Origin: Antedon mediterranea
Taxonomy: Eukaryota; Animalia; Echinodermata
DNA length: 64,000 nucleotides
Direction of reading: 5' to 3'
Assembly: GCF_964355755.1 (NCBI RefSeq)
Contig: NC_092675.1
Location: 25,516,912-25,580,911, forward strand
Shown: in pieces, positions 23,740 through 35,600 of the stretch
How the letters are laid out: every line of letters starts with the position of its first letter
Numbering within the stretch: position 1 is the stretch's first letter
Notes under the pieces: model-generated
Told to the model about the DNA's origin: nothing
Database searches by the model: none
The model's input: the letters and a program-made list of their open reading frames with translations, nothing else
Program-made: the position numbers and the translations under genes

Positions 23740-24736
23740 TTAACGTAAAATTTCCATCAGCATATAATATAATATGAATTTAATAATATTATTTTAAAAA
23801 GTATAAAAACATACACGTACACTGTGCACGGGATTTCCGATATAATCATTTTAAATTCAAAAGTAATACATGGTATAGGCCTACACAAGCTTTGCTAGGT
23901 TAGCTATAATCGGACATACCATAAGAAAAGATAGCCTCTCCTCGTTCGTGACACAAAAGGTCGTTCAATTCAAAAAATCATAATGTTATCTGATAGGGCC
24001 TACTATTGTGTCGTAGACGTCATAGGCCTAAAATATCTTCAACATTCTATTATGTTCTTAATGTAATTACAAAGTAGGCCTATTATTTATTAATTAATAT
24101 GGCACTCAAAGTTCGTATATTAGTGTAGATTCAGAATCATATAATTTGTTTCATATAATTTCAAATCATGTAAAATGCATTTTTTTCGGGCGGAAACCTA
24201 TGCAGCTCTATTTCTTAAAATTGTCTTTGCTGAGCCCCAAGCATGAAGATTCTTATACATGTTGTTTAAAAAAATTATAGATGTCATTGCCGGGGACCTT
24301 GTAGCTCTATTTTAAACAGTTTGGTATGCCGTGCGTTATGTAAATGAGTTTGTGCAGGTGTAGTATGGGGAAGATTGTATGTTAGTCATTCGTGGTCAAC
24401 ACGCCACACTGTTAAATGTTGATGTTGTTAATCTTTACATTAGAAGATTGTTCAAAGCATGTAAATAAAACATTTTCCGGACCTCTTTTAGTTTGCAAAC
24501 GTAATCTCGAAAAGAACTCCATGTGAAAAAGAAGCCCACCCAAGTGTACTAAAAATGAAGGAGGGCTTCTTTTCGAGGTTTTATGGTAGTCTATTTAATG
24601 GAAAATATGCCATGCAACTTTGTTTCTGATTTTAATAAAGGTCCACTTGTTTAGGCCTGACATTTACAACCCCCAAAATATCTCTCTTTCAAAATAAAAG
24701 AAAAACAATATTCATTATTTTCCATTAAAAAAAAAT

Positions 24737-24812
24737 CCGTAGAGGTTCGAACCCAATCTAGAGCTGAGAGCACTCAACCCTCAAACCTGAGCATTACCCG
24801 TTAAACTACAAA
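24737..24812 (-). mobile_element. Degenerate tRNA-like SINE head
   Basis: Minus strand has A-box-like TAGTTTAACGGG and B-box GGTTCGAACC. No proper cloverleaf. Confidence 0.45.
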
Positions 24813-24913
24813 GTAGTACATGACTGAACAGCTGATAATAGTCTATTTATACGTGTATTACGTAATTCATCATTACGTCATAAGTATCATATTAACCTTG
24901 TTAAAACCAAAAT

Positions 24914-25170
24914 GATCAGTTAGGTCAGTCGCCTGAGCGTCGAGTTGACAACACGTATGTCGTAGGTTCGATTCCCACGCTGGTCGGTGGAATAGAGTTA
25001 AAGGTATGCGACCAACTGTGTTTGGGGTTCACAGAATTATACGTCCCCCTTTCCACCACACATCATGAGGCGACAACATCAATGCATCTGGTGATGTGCT
25101 GGATACGACACCAAAAGGCTGTGGCAGGGCCTTAGTGCTGAGGCAGGGAGAGCACATTTAACATATCTTT
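24914..25170 (+). mobile_element. tRNA-derived SINE or tRNA pseudogene (head 24914-24986)
   Basis: GATCAGT...GCTGGTC acceptor-like stem, A-box-like TAGGTCAGTCG, loop TTGACAA, T-arm GTAGGTTCGATTCCCAC, followed by a GC-richer body and a T run. Confidence 0.6.
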
Positions 25171-25649
25171 TTTTTATTTAATATTTTTTTTCAACCTGTT
25201 TTCGATCTCGTAAGATTTATGTTTGGCGCCCTCAATTTTAAAAGAAATTGAATTTATATTTCATCGCAGGTGTACGAAACGGTTTGCAGGATGCCGTGCG
25301 TTGTTATGCAATGATTGTCATTCGCGGTCAACACGCCACACTGTTACATTTAGTTAATCAATGTTGCTACATTGGTAGCGAAATGTCCGATTCATGCAAG
25401 AATATTACATATTATGTTATAAATAAACGTTTGGTAGTTGGTCACTACGTGACGCTATACGATCTTTGGTTGTGACTGCCTTGCTATGACGTGTGATAAG
25501 TTCTTTGGTGAAGTTTAGCTGGTGGTTTGCATACGTTGTCACGCATCGGTGAGCTGGCTTACCGAAGAGAGTCGATTGAGGCCGAAATGTATGGAAAAAA
25601 AATCGCTCAAATTTCAAATTAAAAGATTAGCGCCCTCTATGTTTTGGTA

Positions 25650-25714
25650 AAGTTCCGCGACATCGAGCTTGTTCACCCATCTGATGGGTGAACAAGCTCG
25701 ATGTCGCGGAACTT
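25650..25714. repeat. Perfect inverted repeat: 32-bp arms, 1-nt centre
   Basis: AAGTTCCGCGACATCGAGCTTGTTCACCCATC-T-GATGGGTGAACAAGCTCGATGTCGCGGAACTT. Confidence 0.97.
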
Positions 25715-25773
25715 CATTGCACCAACAAAGTTCAGAATGCGCGGGAAGTGTGTATGGTATCACACTACTTACC

Positions 25774-27666
25774 CAGGCCCGTAGCCAGAATGCATCAGAG
25801 GGGGGTTTTCTTGACACCAAGTATTTTGCGAGCGCAGCGAGCAACTGTAGGCTGGGGGCCAGGGGGCCGCCAAGGGCCCCCGGTCGGGGTCCAGGGGGCG
25901 AAGGCCCCTGGAAGCTTTGGCTCTCAGAGCAATTTCGGTTGTTTTAATAAGCTTACAGAGACATTTTTTACCTACTAAAATCTGAGTTATGCAGAGAAAT
26001 TATATAGTACAGTATTATGGAAATCATGAAATACAGCTTTATTGTTGCAAAAAAGTATAGTATATTAGGCCCTTAAATAATTTCTTATCCTATAAACATA
26101 AAAAACAAATAGTACCGTATTTTTCGGTGTACAAGTCGCACCTGTGTATAAGACGCACCCATAACGGAGACTAAAATATTAGTATTTTTCATGTAGTCGA
26201 TGCATAAGACGCACTTATTTCTAGGCCGAAATTTAAACATTTTACAATCAAAACAATGGTATTTTAATAATAAAACAACGATATTTGAGACATATTTATT
26301 AGAATCAAATGATATAATTTTGTTTGATTGCCTTTATTACATCGTAATCAGTCTCTACTTCAACTGAACGTTCAATGAAAAGGGAAATCCCCATATTGTT
26401 TCAGTTACGATGCACTGTGTGGGTAGGGCTAGCCTATGTCTATTTAAGTAACTTTAATTTCATATTATTTAAATATGTACCTTCTTATTGTGTGTATGAC
26501 CATTATAAAATCAATCCAAATGATGTTCAGTTTTTTTGGGCTGATAATGAACCAGGAATATCATGTTGGGTAGACCTATATGAAAATCTTTCCTATTTCC
26601 ATGCATGCAATATGAGGAGAGGAGAGCACTAACCATGTGCTCCTCTTGCCTGGTGGCCAGCACTGTTGGCCATATACACTATGAGATTAGGGGAAGCTAC
26701 TTAACACAATAACAACACACTCTTTTAGATATCGCTTGACATACGAACTATTGCCTACATGATTATAAAATTATGTGATTGTTGACATAGAGATGTAATA
26801 AAAATAAACCACCGTGATCAAGGGAAATAGTTATTGTGTAATTAAAATGTGACACCACCGTAATTAATGGACTCTTCCATAAATGTGTTGCGCTGTGATG
26901 CTGCATGCTGCTAGAATACACACCCGCGAGTTCAGAGAGTATTACTAGGCCTGGGTAGAATATCTAATGCGTACTGAAATATTAATTAATACAGTCGAGG
27001 ATGACAATTTACCTTAACTAAAAATTCAATAAACTTGTTACCACACTGTGGTTAGACAGGAGTGAGTAACTAGCTAGGCCTACATTGCAGAGTAGTACAC
27101 TATTTTTAATTAATTTAAGTATTAGTAGGTAATTAAATTAATTAGAGTAACATTTAGAAGTCAAATTTGCGTGTCAAAAGTGCGTCTTATACACCGAAAT
27201 ATACGGTAGGCCTACGTACACGTACCAATTTAACTCAGCACCATTTTTATTCAAGTTTACACAGTGAAATTCTTTGGTTTAATGAAAAATATTCCCAGGA
27301 AAAAAATAAAAATCTCCAAAAAGATTGAGCTGAACTGAACGAGATCTTGTGCGTTCCAAAAAGCCCGGCCGAAGCACGCGATTGGTCAGTCCATTTTTCT
27401 GTCATATTTATAACCATCATCTCTCAACAATCTCTCGATCTCACGCTCAGCAGTGACTTTGACATCGGACAATCTGTATATTCGATCGATTTAAACATAG
27501 TCAATAGAAGTAAAATGACCAAAAAATCTGCTATAATTGATAATTAATTGCACGATTTTGGAAGTAGGGCCTTTGTTTTTCAAGGGGGCTTCGCTGGTAA
27601 AAGGGGGGTTCGCGCAAAAGGGGGGGTTCGCCCAAACCCCAAAAAACCCCCCTGGCTACGGGCCTG
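25774..27666. mobile_element. hAT-like non-autonomous element
   Basis: 15-bp TIR CAGGCCCGTAGCCAG / CTGGCTACGGGCCTG, GC-rich subterminal regions, CTTACC on both flanks. Confidence 0.8.
26115..27206. mobile_element. Tc1/mariner (pogo/Tigger-like) non-autonomous element nested in the hAT-like element
   Basis: TA|CCGTATTTTTCGGTGTACAAGTCGCAC ... GTGCGTCTTATACACCGAAATATACGG|TA, with subterminal repeats TAAGACGCAC. Confidence 0.85.
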
Positions 27667-27961
27667 CTTACCACGGTTGAAAAACTGGGTATCTCGGACT
27701 GGGCTTGCTCAAAAACCCCAAAAAGCGTCTGGGAGAAGAGAGTCTATGCAGACGTGACAAGTAGTAGAAGTAGGCTGTCAACGTAGGCATAATATAATGG
27801 TCCTTCCTCAGACTATGGTAAATATAAGTTTTGGCGAATAGTATCAGAGAAGCTTGGCCCTGGTGTGTAGGCCTATAGATGAAGAATTGTTTGATTGGAA
27901 TGTTGGGGTATGTGGGTCACTATTAAGAGTAATGGAACAGTACTCCTATAGTTTAGTTTAA

Positions 27962-28865
27962 GGGTCTGTTTCTGCTGAAAAAAATCAAAATAATCGATTT
28001 TTTCCAGTCACCGCAAACCACAAAAATAATCGCGTTGCAATTGAAAATTGCTACGACTTTAATCGGTTATTCGGGTAATCGGTTTTTAAAATCACGTCAT
28101 CATTCCCCCACAGCGCAGTTCAAGTTATGAAAGGCCGATGAGAGTTGGTTTGTTTACATCCTATCGCTGCCTAAAACTCTCACATGTAGGATTAAAAATT
28201 ACTCTTACGTAAAGCTATATTATTTCTAAAATAAACATCTAGGCCTACTACCGTACCACATACAACAGAATAATGATGTTATATTAATAAGGACACGTCG
28301 GCGAAAAAAGTTCGTTTCGCCGTTCGTTGGTTCTACCTTCGGCCTGCTAGGCCTAATGGGCTATATATTTCTACCGAAACAAGTCAACAGACAACAGGCC
28401 TAAAAAATGACATGTAAAACATCGTTAGCCTGGACTGGTGGTATGTAACAGGTGTACTTGTAACACAGAATCCTGGAGTCTCTCGGTATAATTCTCCCCC
28501 ACAAAATAATAAAAATCAAATGTTTAACATTTGATTTTTATTCGGTCTACATCGCAATCGTGGTTTTGTTGATCGTCGTCGATATCGCGCAAATAAACAG
28601 CATGCTTGTGACGTGAATAAGTTTGTCATACTCTAGAGGTCAAAGTGAGGTCAATAATCGCTATTTGTGTTGCAGCTCAAAACTGCTCCGCAATAATCGG
28701 TTAAAACAAGAAATAATCGATTAAAACACGCAATGGATTGAGTGTTTTTAATCGGTTATTTTTAATCGGTTATTTTATTTTGCGCCGTTTCTGCTGCCCA
28801 AAAATAATCGATTAAAAAAATAAACGGTTAATAATCGATTATTTCTGCTCAGCAGAAACAGGCCC
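27962..28865. mobile_element. PIF/Harbinger-like non-autonomous element
   Basis: TAA|GGGTCTGTTTCTGCTG ... CAGCAGAAACAGGCCC|TAA, with repeated AATCGGTTA/AATAATCGATT subterminal motifs. Confidence 0.85.
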
Positions 28866-29013
28866 TAAGATAATCATTTTTTTCTCAGTACTCAGTGGGC
28901 CACAGACTTGTTATGAAATAAAAGTTGATGTAATTGATTGCGGCTTTAATTGATTGATGAGCTACAACTGGATCCAATCATAATATTGTATACATCCTCA
29001 ATCAAAACAGTTA

Positions 29014-29174
29014 CAGGGAACATTTTCGCCAGTGTAGCGTAGCAAAAAGCTATACAAAACAACCTTATTGCTACACATTTTGAAAAATACAATACAAAAC
29101 TATGTTTCTCGACTTAAAAATCAGTTTGATTAGCAATATTGCTAAACAAAATTTTTAAATGAAAATTTTCCCTG
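29014..29174. mobile_element. Small MITE with CAG termini
   Basis: TIR CAGGGAACATTTTC / GAAAATTTTCCCTG with AGTTA on both flanks. Confidence 0.6.
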
Positions 29175-32100
29175 AGTTAGGTATTTAATACTAAATAGTT
29201 TAGATAATAAATCATTATTTCTTAAATTATTAAAAATAGAATATCATTTTTAAAAAAAGCATCATTTAATGACGAAAGAACAATAATTAAACTGTTGTTA
29301 CATCAGAAAAGTGAGCGGCGTTTTTTGTAAGTAATATTTATTGTTTATATTTTCCTTAGTGAAAAAATACAATTAATTTTGTTGCGTTCAGTGTGGATTG
29401 ATGATTCCTTCCGGTTCAATAGGAACAACTAAATGAAACACAAATTAATACAGGTTTCAGATGTCCCCAAGAGGTGTACATTTATTCAACTCATGCATGT
29501 TTGGATTCTCTCAACATTCTTCAGCCTAGCAACTGCATGGCCTTTCATAGGTGGCGCTAGACATGTTTCTAGATATTACTACAAATTTTAAAACACTTTT
29601 ATTTCTTTTAATAGAAATTATTTGGAATCTTACTCAGACAAATTTGATTGAAATATTATTATAATTATGTTTTGTTGACGTTGTGTCGCATTTATCTCTT
29701 CTCATGATCATATTCAAAAGAGTTCTGAATCCTTGACTAATAAATTTGTTTAAATTTTATGTTTTTCTGCTTATACATTGATCCAGATCATGGAAAATGC
29801 ACTAATAAAGCTTAAATGGGTTGAGGAAAGGGGTTTAATGCCATATTCAGAAGCAAGATGTGTCTATTTCATCCCTGAAATAAAATAACTAAATATATCC
29901 TTAAAGAAACAAATAAAAGTTCATATGTATAGATTAGTATTTAGTTTAATAATATATACCATGTTATAGCAAATACCATACACATCGTCCAATAGTAAAT
30001 ACTGATTACATAGTTCAATTGCAAACACTATGCAGTATATTATAATACAGGCCATGGGTAAAGAATTCAAACAGTACCTTGGTAAGTTTAACAGTGATGT
30101 TGGTTATAAGTAGCATTGGCAACTTATCACTGGTAGGCCTATACCGCCCTAATATTAATAAGAGCCTGTCAATTATTACTTGCTACACCACAACAGACAC
30201 GAAACTGTTCAATACTCTTGTTATATTCTTGGTTAGCAGACAAGCCAATCAGATGCTATTTTCAGAGTTCTGAATCCTTGACTAATAAGTTTGTTTAAAT
30301 TTTATGTTTTTTCTGATAATGCATCGATCCAGATCATAATCAATAATCAATTGTTTTGAAACACAAAATAATCATGACCACAATTTCTAGTGTGTTCTAT
30401 ACAGCTTTTAATATAGATGCTCAATTGACACTCATTTAATTATTTTTTAAGTACTTAATTATAATAGTAGTGATGACAAGGTTTATTTTGCTTCTTTTAG
30501 TTTTTACATTCCATGTTCTTTTCAGAGTATCAAGAATGAACACGGACATTACTGTTATATTATTATTTTGTTTTAAACAAATAACTTAGGCTAAACTGGT
30601 GTCACATGAGAATATATTACATAATGTAGTTTGATACTTTCTTGCAAATGTATTGTAAGGACAAATTTAATTACAGCATTCTGGTTTTAATGTGTTATAG
30701 ATAAATATGCAAATTGTGAGAATCGGATTTATAAGCCTGTAAGTAACCAGATTTTTACAGAGGTAGGTTTGTTTCTTAATTAAGCAGCAAAAATAATCAT
30801 AAGGACTACTTATCATAATTGTGCTGCTAGCCTTTAGTTGAAGTGAAGAATTCTAGATATGGGCTTGATTAGATTAACATTGTGCAAGACAATTGTTAAT
30901 AGATGGGAGGGGGAATGGCCTTAATTGACAAGAAAAGATAACCATGGTACAGAGGATGATACTGAAAACTAAAGAGGATGTAAGATGTTAGGAAAGTCGT
31001 TTAAATATTAGAGAAATCAAAGATGCCCCAATGGCATTATAATAATATACTTTTTATGGCAACATATTTTATTTTTTTGTAATACTGTAACTTTTCCCAG
31101 AGTCAAACTAATCTACACCAGAAGTGTCCAATATATATCGCTTTCTTACCTGAATAACGCTCACACACAAATAAGTAACTTGTTTTGTAAAGGTGTTACT
31201 AGCATAATTTCATTCAATAGGTACATACCATGATATACAGTAAGTAGCATACCCAAGAAAATAAAGAAAAGATTTTCATTACAGAGCCATCAAAATTAAT
31301 TTAATCAATTATTTATTAAATTTTTCAAAATAGTGCTTTAAGCACCTAAGATATGCTACTGTTCTATAGCGGCAAAATAACCTTGTTTAGTATTGTTTAT
31401 TAAGTACCCTTACAAATAATATACAGATATATATTACAAAGGAAAATAAATAAATAATATCATTTATTACTAATAACTGCAATATTTTTTTTTTCAATAA
31501 ATTCAAACTTAAGTTTAACTTTGTACATTTTGTAAAAAATTAAAATATATATACATGTACAGTTTGTCAAACTTGTTTGCATTTTGCAGTACAGATATTA
31601 TATATATGTTTTTATATATACATGGTATAATAGTCATTCTAATACTTTCACAGAATAATGCTGTTTAGTAATCTAACAGAAATTCTATTTTGACAGCTCA
31701 TATCATATAAGAATTTCTTGCTTATAGGTAAGAATACAAATTTGGTCTGGTACTAATTTATGCAATCGCAATTAAAAGCGGACGTTTTGAATATTAATGA
31801 GTATTTCAATGACTGATGGGTGTAAACTGACAATAATCATGATGAATTAGTTAATTATGCAGATACATATCACCTTTTATACTGATGAATAAACCATGAT
31901 AATATTACCTGCCAAGATTGTATAAATTATGCTCTCTTGCATTCAATCCTTTTTGCATTATTCTGTGCTATCTTTAATTCATGGTGGTATTACCATGAAA
32001 GTTATATATCATCTATTCTTTTACCTATTTTAAATAATTCTTGTATTTTCGGAATTTTAAATTTGATAAATGTAAATGAACATATACCTAGAATTGGTAT

Positions 32101-32465
32101 CATTTGAACTGAGAAAGAAAACTATACATTCCTCAAACCTTTAAAAAACTCTAAAAACTTGGTAATATTTTCTGCAGGAGCCTCTTAAAACATCTGTAGT
32201 GTAGTGAATTTAAACATAATATGGATTTCCAGACCTTTATTTTGATCCTTTAAATTACATACCTGTGGCCGCCTCACAGACAATTCCACTATCTTTGAGG
32301 GGCGTTTTCAAAGTTTTTGTTATTTTTCAAGATGAAAAGGCCTATTTCGGTTTATCTAGGTAAGTTAGGCTAATTATGATAAGATATTTTACTATATATT
32401 CTCTTAAATACTATATTTTTTGGTCAGTTCCTCATCAGCAAATATGGTAAGCCAATTTTTACTCA

Positions 32466-32670
32466 TCACAATACGTATGAATGCAATAATAATATTACAA
32501 ATAGAAGGGACAGTATAAAGTTGTTAGGCATACAGTTGGCCGATCCACCCGTGTTTGGTACGTAAGTGACATATATGTTGCTATATGCAACTTGCGGACT
32601 TGCTACTGTTGTTATAATTGGGTCTTGCTCATTTGGAACTGGTATTACTTCTTTTGATGGCGTCGGAGAA
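32466..32670 (-). CDS. TRABD2: Tiki last coding exon (S/T/P-rich stalk and hydrophobic C-terminus)
   Basis: AG acceptor at 32671-32672. Reads [12 protein letters not shown]...[29 protein letters not shown]. Phase fits the previous exon. Confidence 0.75.
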
Positions 32671-35600
32671 CTGGAAGAAAATCGTAAATATAATTTTAAT
32701 TATCATATACACATTATAAAATTATTTTACTGTTTATTATTATATCAGATAAAATATGATTGGAAAAGTTTTAAAAATAAATTTAATCAAATCTATATAT
32801 AGTTTTCATATGAATTTTTATATAAATATTTGTGTTATCGATATATTGCTGTATGTAAACCCAATAAGCGCATTGAACAAAACATACATATGTAATCAAA
32901 TGGTAATTTCTGTATAATTTAAGCAATATTTATTTTCAAAAGCTAATTAAAGTCAATCAAAGTTCGCATCACATATAAAGCTATCTCTCACGTTTTCTAC
33001 GAATGAAGCTAGCAGGGTGCAATTTTCAAATCATATTTTTAATAACGGTAGACAGTCAGGCACGAATCGCAGCCCATCTGATCAACACCTCTCATCCTAT
33101 GGGGCGGAAGTGGTGTAGTTGTTGATTTAAAGCCACCGATAGTTCTTAATTCAATCAAGGAGTTGTCTTTATGGAGGTCAATTAATATATAGAGCTTAAA
33201 TAAACAAGGTGACGGTGATTGGTACACGCGTAGGGCCTTCTTAATTATGAATGATGTTTTTCTTTCAGTGCACACTGGTTTGTACTTGAGGAGCATGCAA
33301 TGTCACTGTATTCATCATTCTCTTAGTGCTACTGGTATCCATACTATACAAATAATGAATGAGTTGAAAGATTGACTCTTTTAATCAAAAACATATAATT
33401 AATGTAATGTAATTCGATTTATAAAGTGCTATATACAATCAAAAGATTGTCCCAAAGCGCTGAGAGAAAAAACAGAAAGAAATTACAAAGAAAATAGATG
33501 CGTTTTTTGAAAACTAGATAGAGGATGCATTTTTAATAGGGTCTGGGAAATTGTTCCACACTTACGGACCTGCAAATGCAGGTCTTAAGGCCTATAATTA
33601 TATGAATTAATAAGAAATATTATATTTTTTTTATATATTTAAATTAAATAGAATTAACACAGTTTTGTATGACTTTCATAGAAGATCATAAGAAATGATG
33701 TAGGTATTAAAGCCACTCCAAAAAATTTAAAAAAGTATCCTACATCCAGAGTAAACCTATAGAGCAGAAGTAAAGTTTTTTCTCACAAAATACCCTTACA
33801 CTTACAGCAGAGCACATACCAACCGTTCTGTGTGTCTTGTACACCTTAAGGCATATCATACTACTAAAGTGTACTGCCTAATTTGTTTGCATATTACTGT
33901 ATAACTAACACCTTTCTAAAAGATGTAGAATATGTTGAATAGCAAAAATGAAGAAACTACACAGTGATTATAAACGTACCCACTTTTATTTATTCTGTTA
34001 AATATCAATGTATTGTACTAGTCCATTTAACTCTAGGCCCATTCTTTAACTGAATAATGGTGTTAAACCTGACAACACCTGAATGAGATGTTGGCAAACA
34101 TGATTAAAGGGTTGTAGGTGTATGAATTCACTCAATTTAAGAACTTGTTTTAATGGTCAATATCAATGGTAATATAACACAACAGTACCAACTACTGTCC
34201 TCTCCAATTCCCAAATATCTAATATTAATAGCAAAAAAATGTGTTAAAAAACATTGTGCTGAGATTATTCTATTTCAAAGAAGGTTTAGATTCTTTATAG
34301 TTATAGCTCTTTCCTACCTATTTATAGTAGTAGAGTAGAAATAAGGTTTCACCTCAAAAAAATTGCAACACAAGGTTTTTCAACGGATTTTGGTAGTCAT
34401 AGGTGTACTAAATAACAGAAAAAAAGTCTCAAGAATTTCGACCACCGGAAGGTGGTTTTTTTCAAGATGGCCACCAAAATAAGTGAAAAGGGCCATACCT
34501 CCTAAACTACTTGGTGTATTGATATAATTTTGGTACCAACATACTCAAAACATACATATTTATATTCGCTATAATAATACATTTTTATTTTTTATGTTTC
34601 AATTTCAAACAATTACAGTAATTATGTACCCAAATACTGTACAGTGCTTTCCTAATTCAAGGATTGTTAGCATAATTTTAAAGTTTCAATTTCAAACAAT
34701 AAATTAGACTTACTGTATGTACCCAAATAGGGTAGTTGAAATATATACTTAAGTTTCTAACTTCGGCATGATAATCTCCATTGCCAATATATATGAGAGT
34801 CATTTGAAACTATCAATTCCACTTGCCTATTACTTAACTGTCTAGTATTTCTTAATGGTCTATTGAAACAGCTACATAATTGTTTAGTATCATACTTATA
34901 GTGTTTACTTATTGATAAGTACAGACTTAAGAAGTTTTGATTTCATATATTATAAAGGTTTACTAATGCATACTAGTGGTAGAAACGTAAGTGAATACAT
35001 ACAGGTAGGTAAAAGATACTTAACAGAGTAAACAGTGACTTTGGTATCTAACAGAAGACTTTGTTGGTTCATTTTTATTATTAAGTTTTGATTTCATAAA
35101 GTATATTATAAAGGTTACTAAAGTATACCAGTGATAGAATTGTAAGTAAATACAAGATACTTAAGAGTAAACAGTGACTTAGGGTAAGAGAAGACTTTGT
35201 TGGTTCATTTTAAGTAGAAAACAACAGCAAAGAGATCAACAATGATTGGATAGAGGTGTGATCATTTCCCACATGAACAATGAAAACAAAATCATTTTTT
35301 TTTTCTGGAAAACCTTTTTTTTGCCGTATTTAAAATTGAAATTGAGAAATAAATATTTGTTTGTATCAGTATATATTTTCAAAAGTTTTATCTGGATTTT
35401 TAAAGCTTGGTTTCCACTTGGGTAATGCAAAGCAATGCAAGGACGAAGGGCGCAAGTTAGTTGAACAGTAGCAAACGACAGTTCAGTTGATCCATCGCAT
35501 TGTGATAGGTCAAATTATGTGTGGTGCCTTGCAATACATCCAAGTGGTATAAACTATTGTAAGCTCAATGGTTGATATGTAATGTGCCAGAGAAAACTGG

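Noticed and set aside
24914-24986. Functional tRNA-Val(GAC)
   Set aside because: Mismatched stems, D-loop GG missing, unusual anticodon, and it continues into a SINE-like body.
23829-26391. NF-kB-like sites CGGGATTTCC (23829) and GGGAAATCCC (26382) upstream of the TRIM-like pair
   Set aside because: Short motifs expected by chance; one is inside a transposon and the promoter is unknown.
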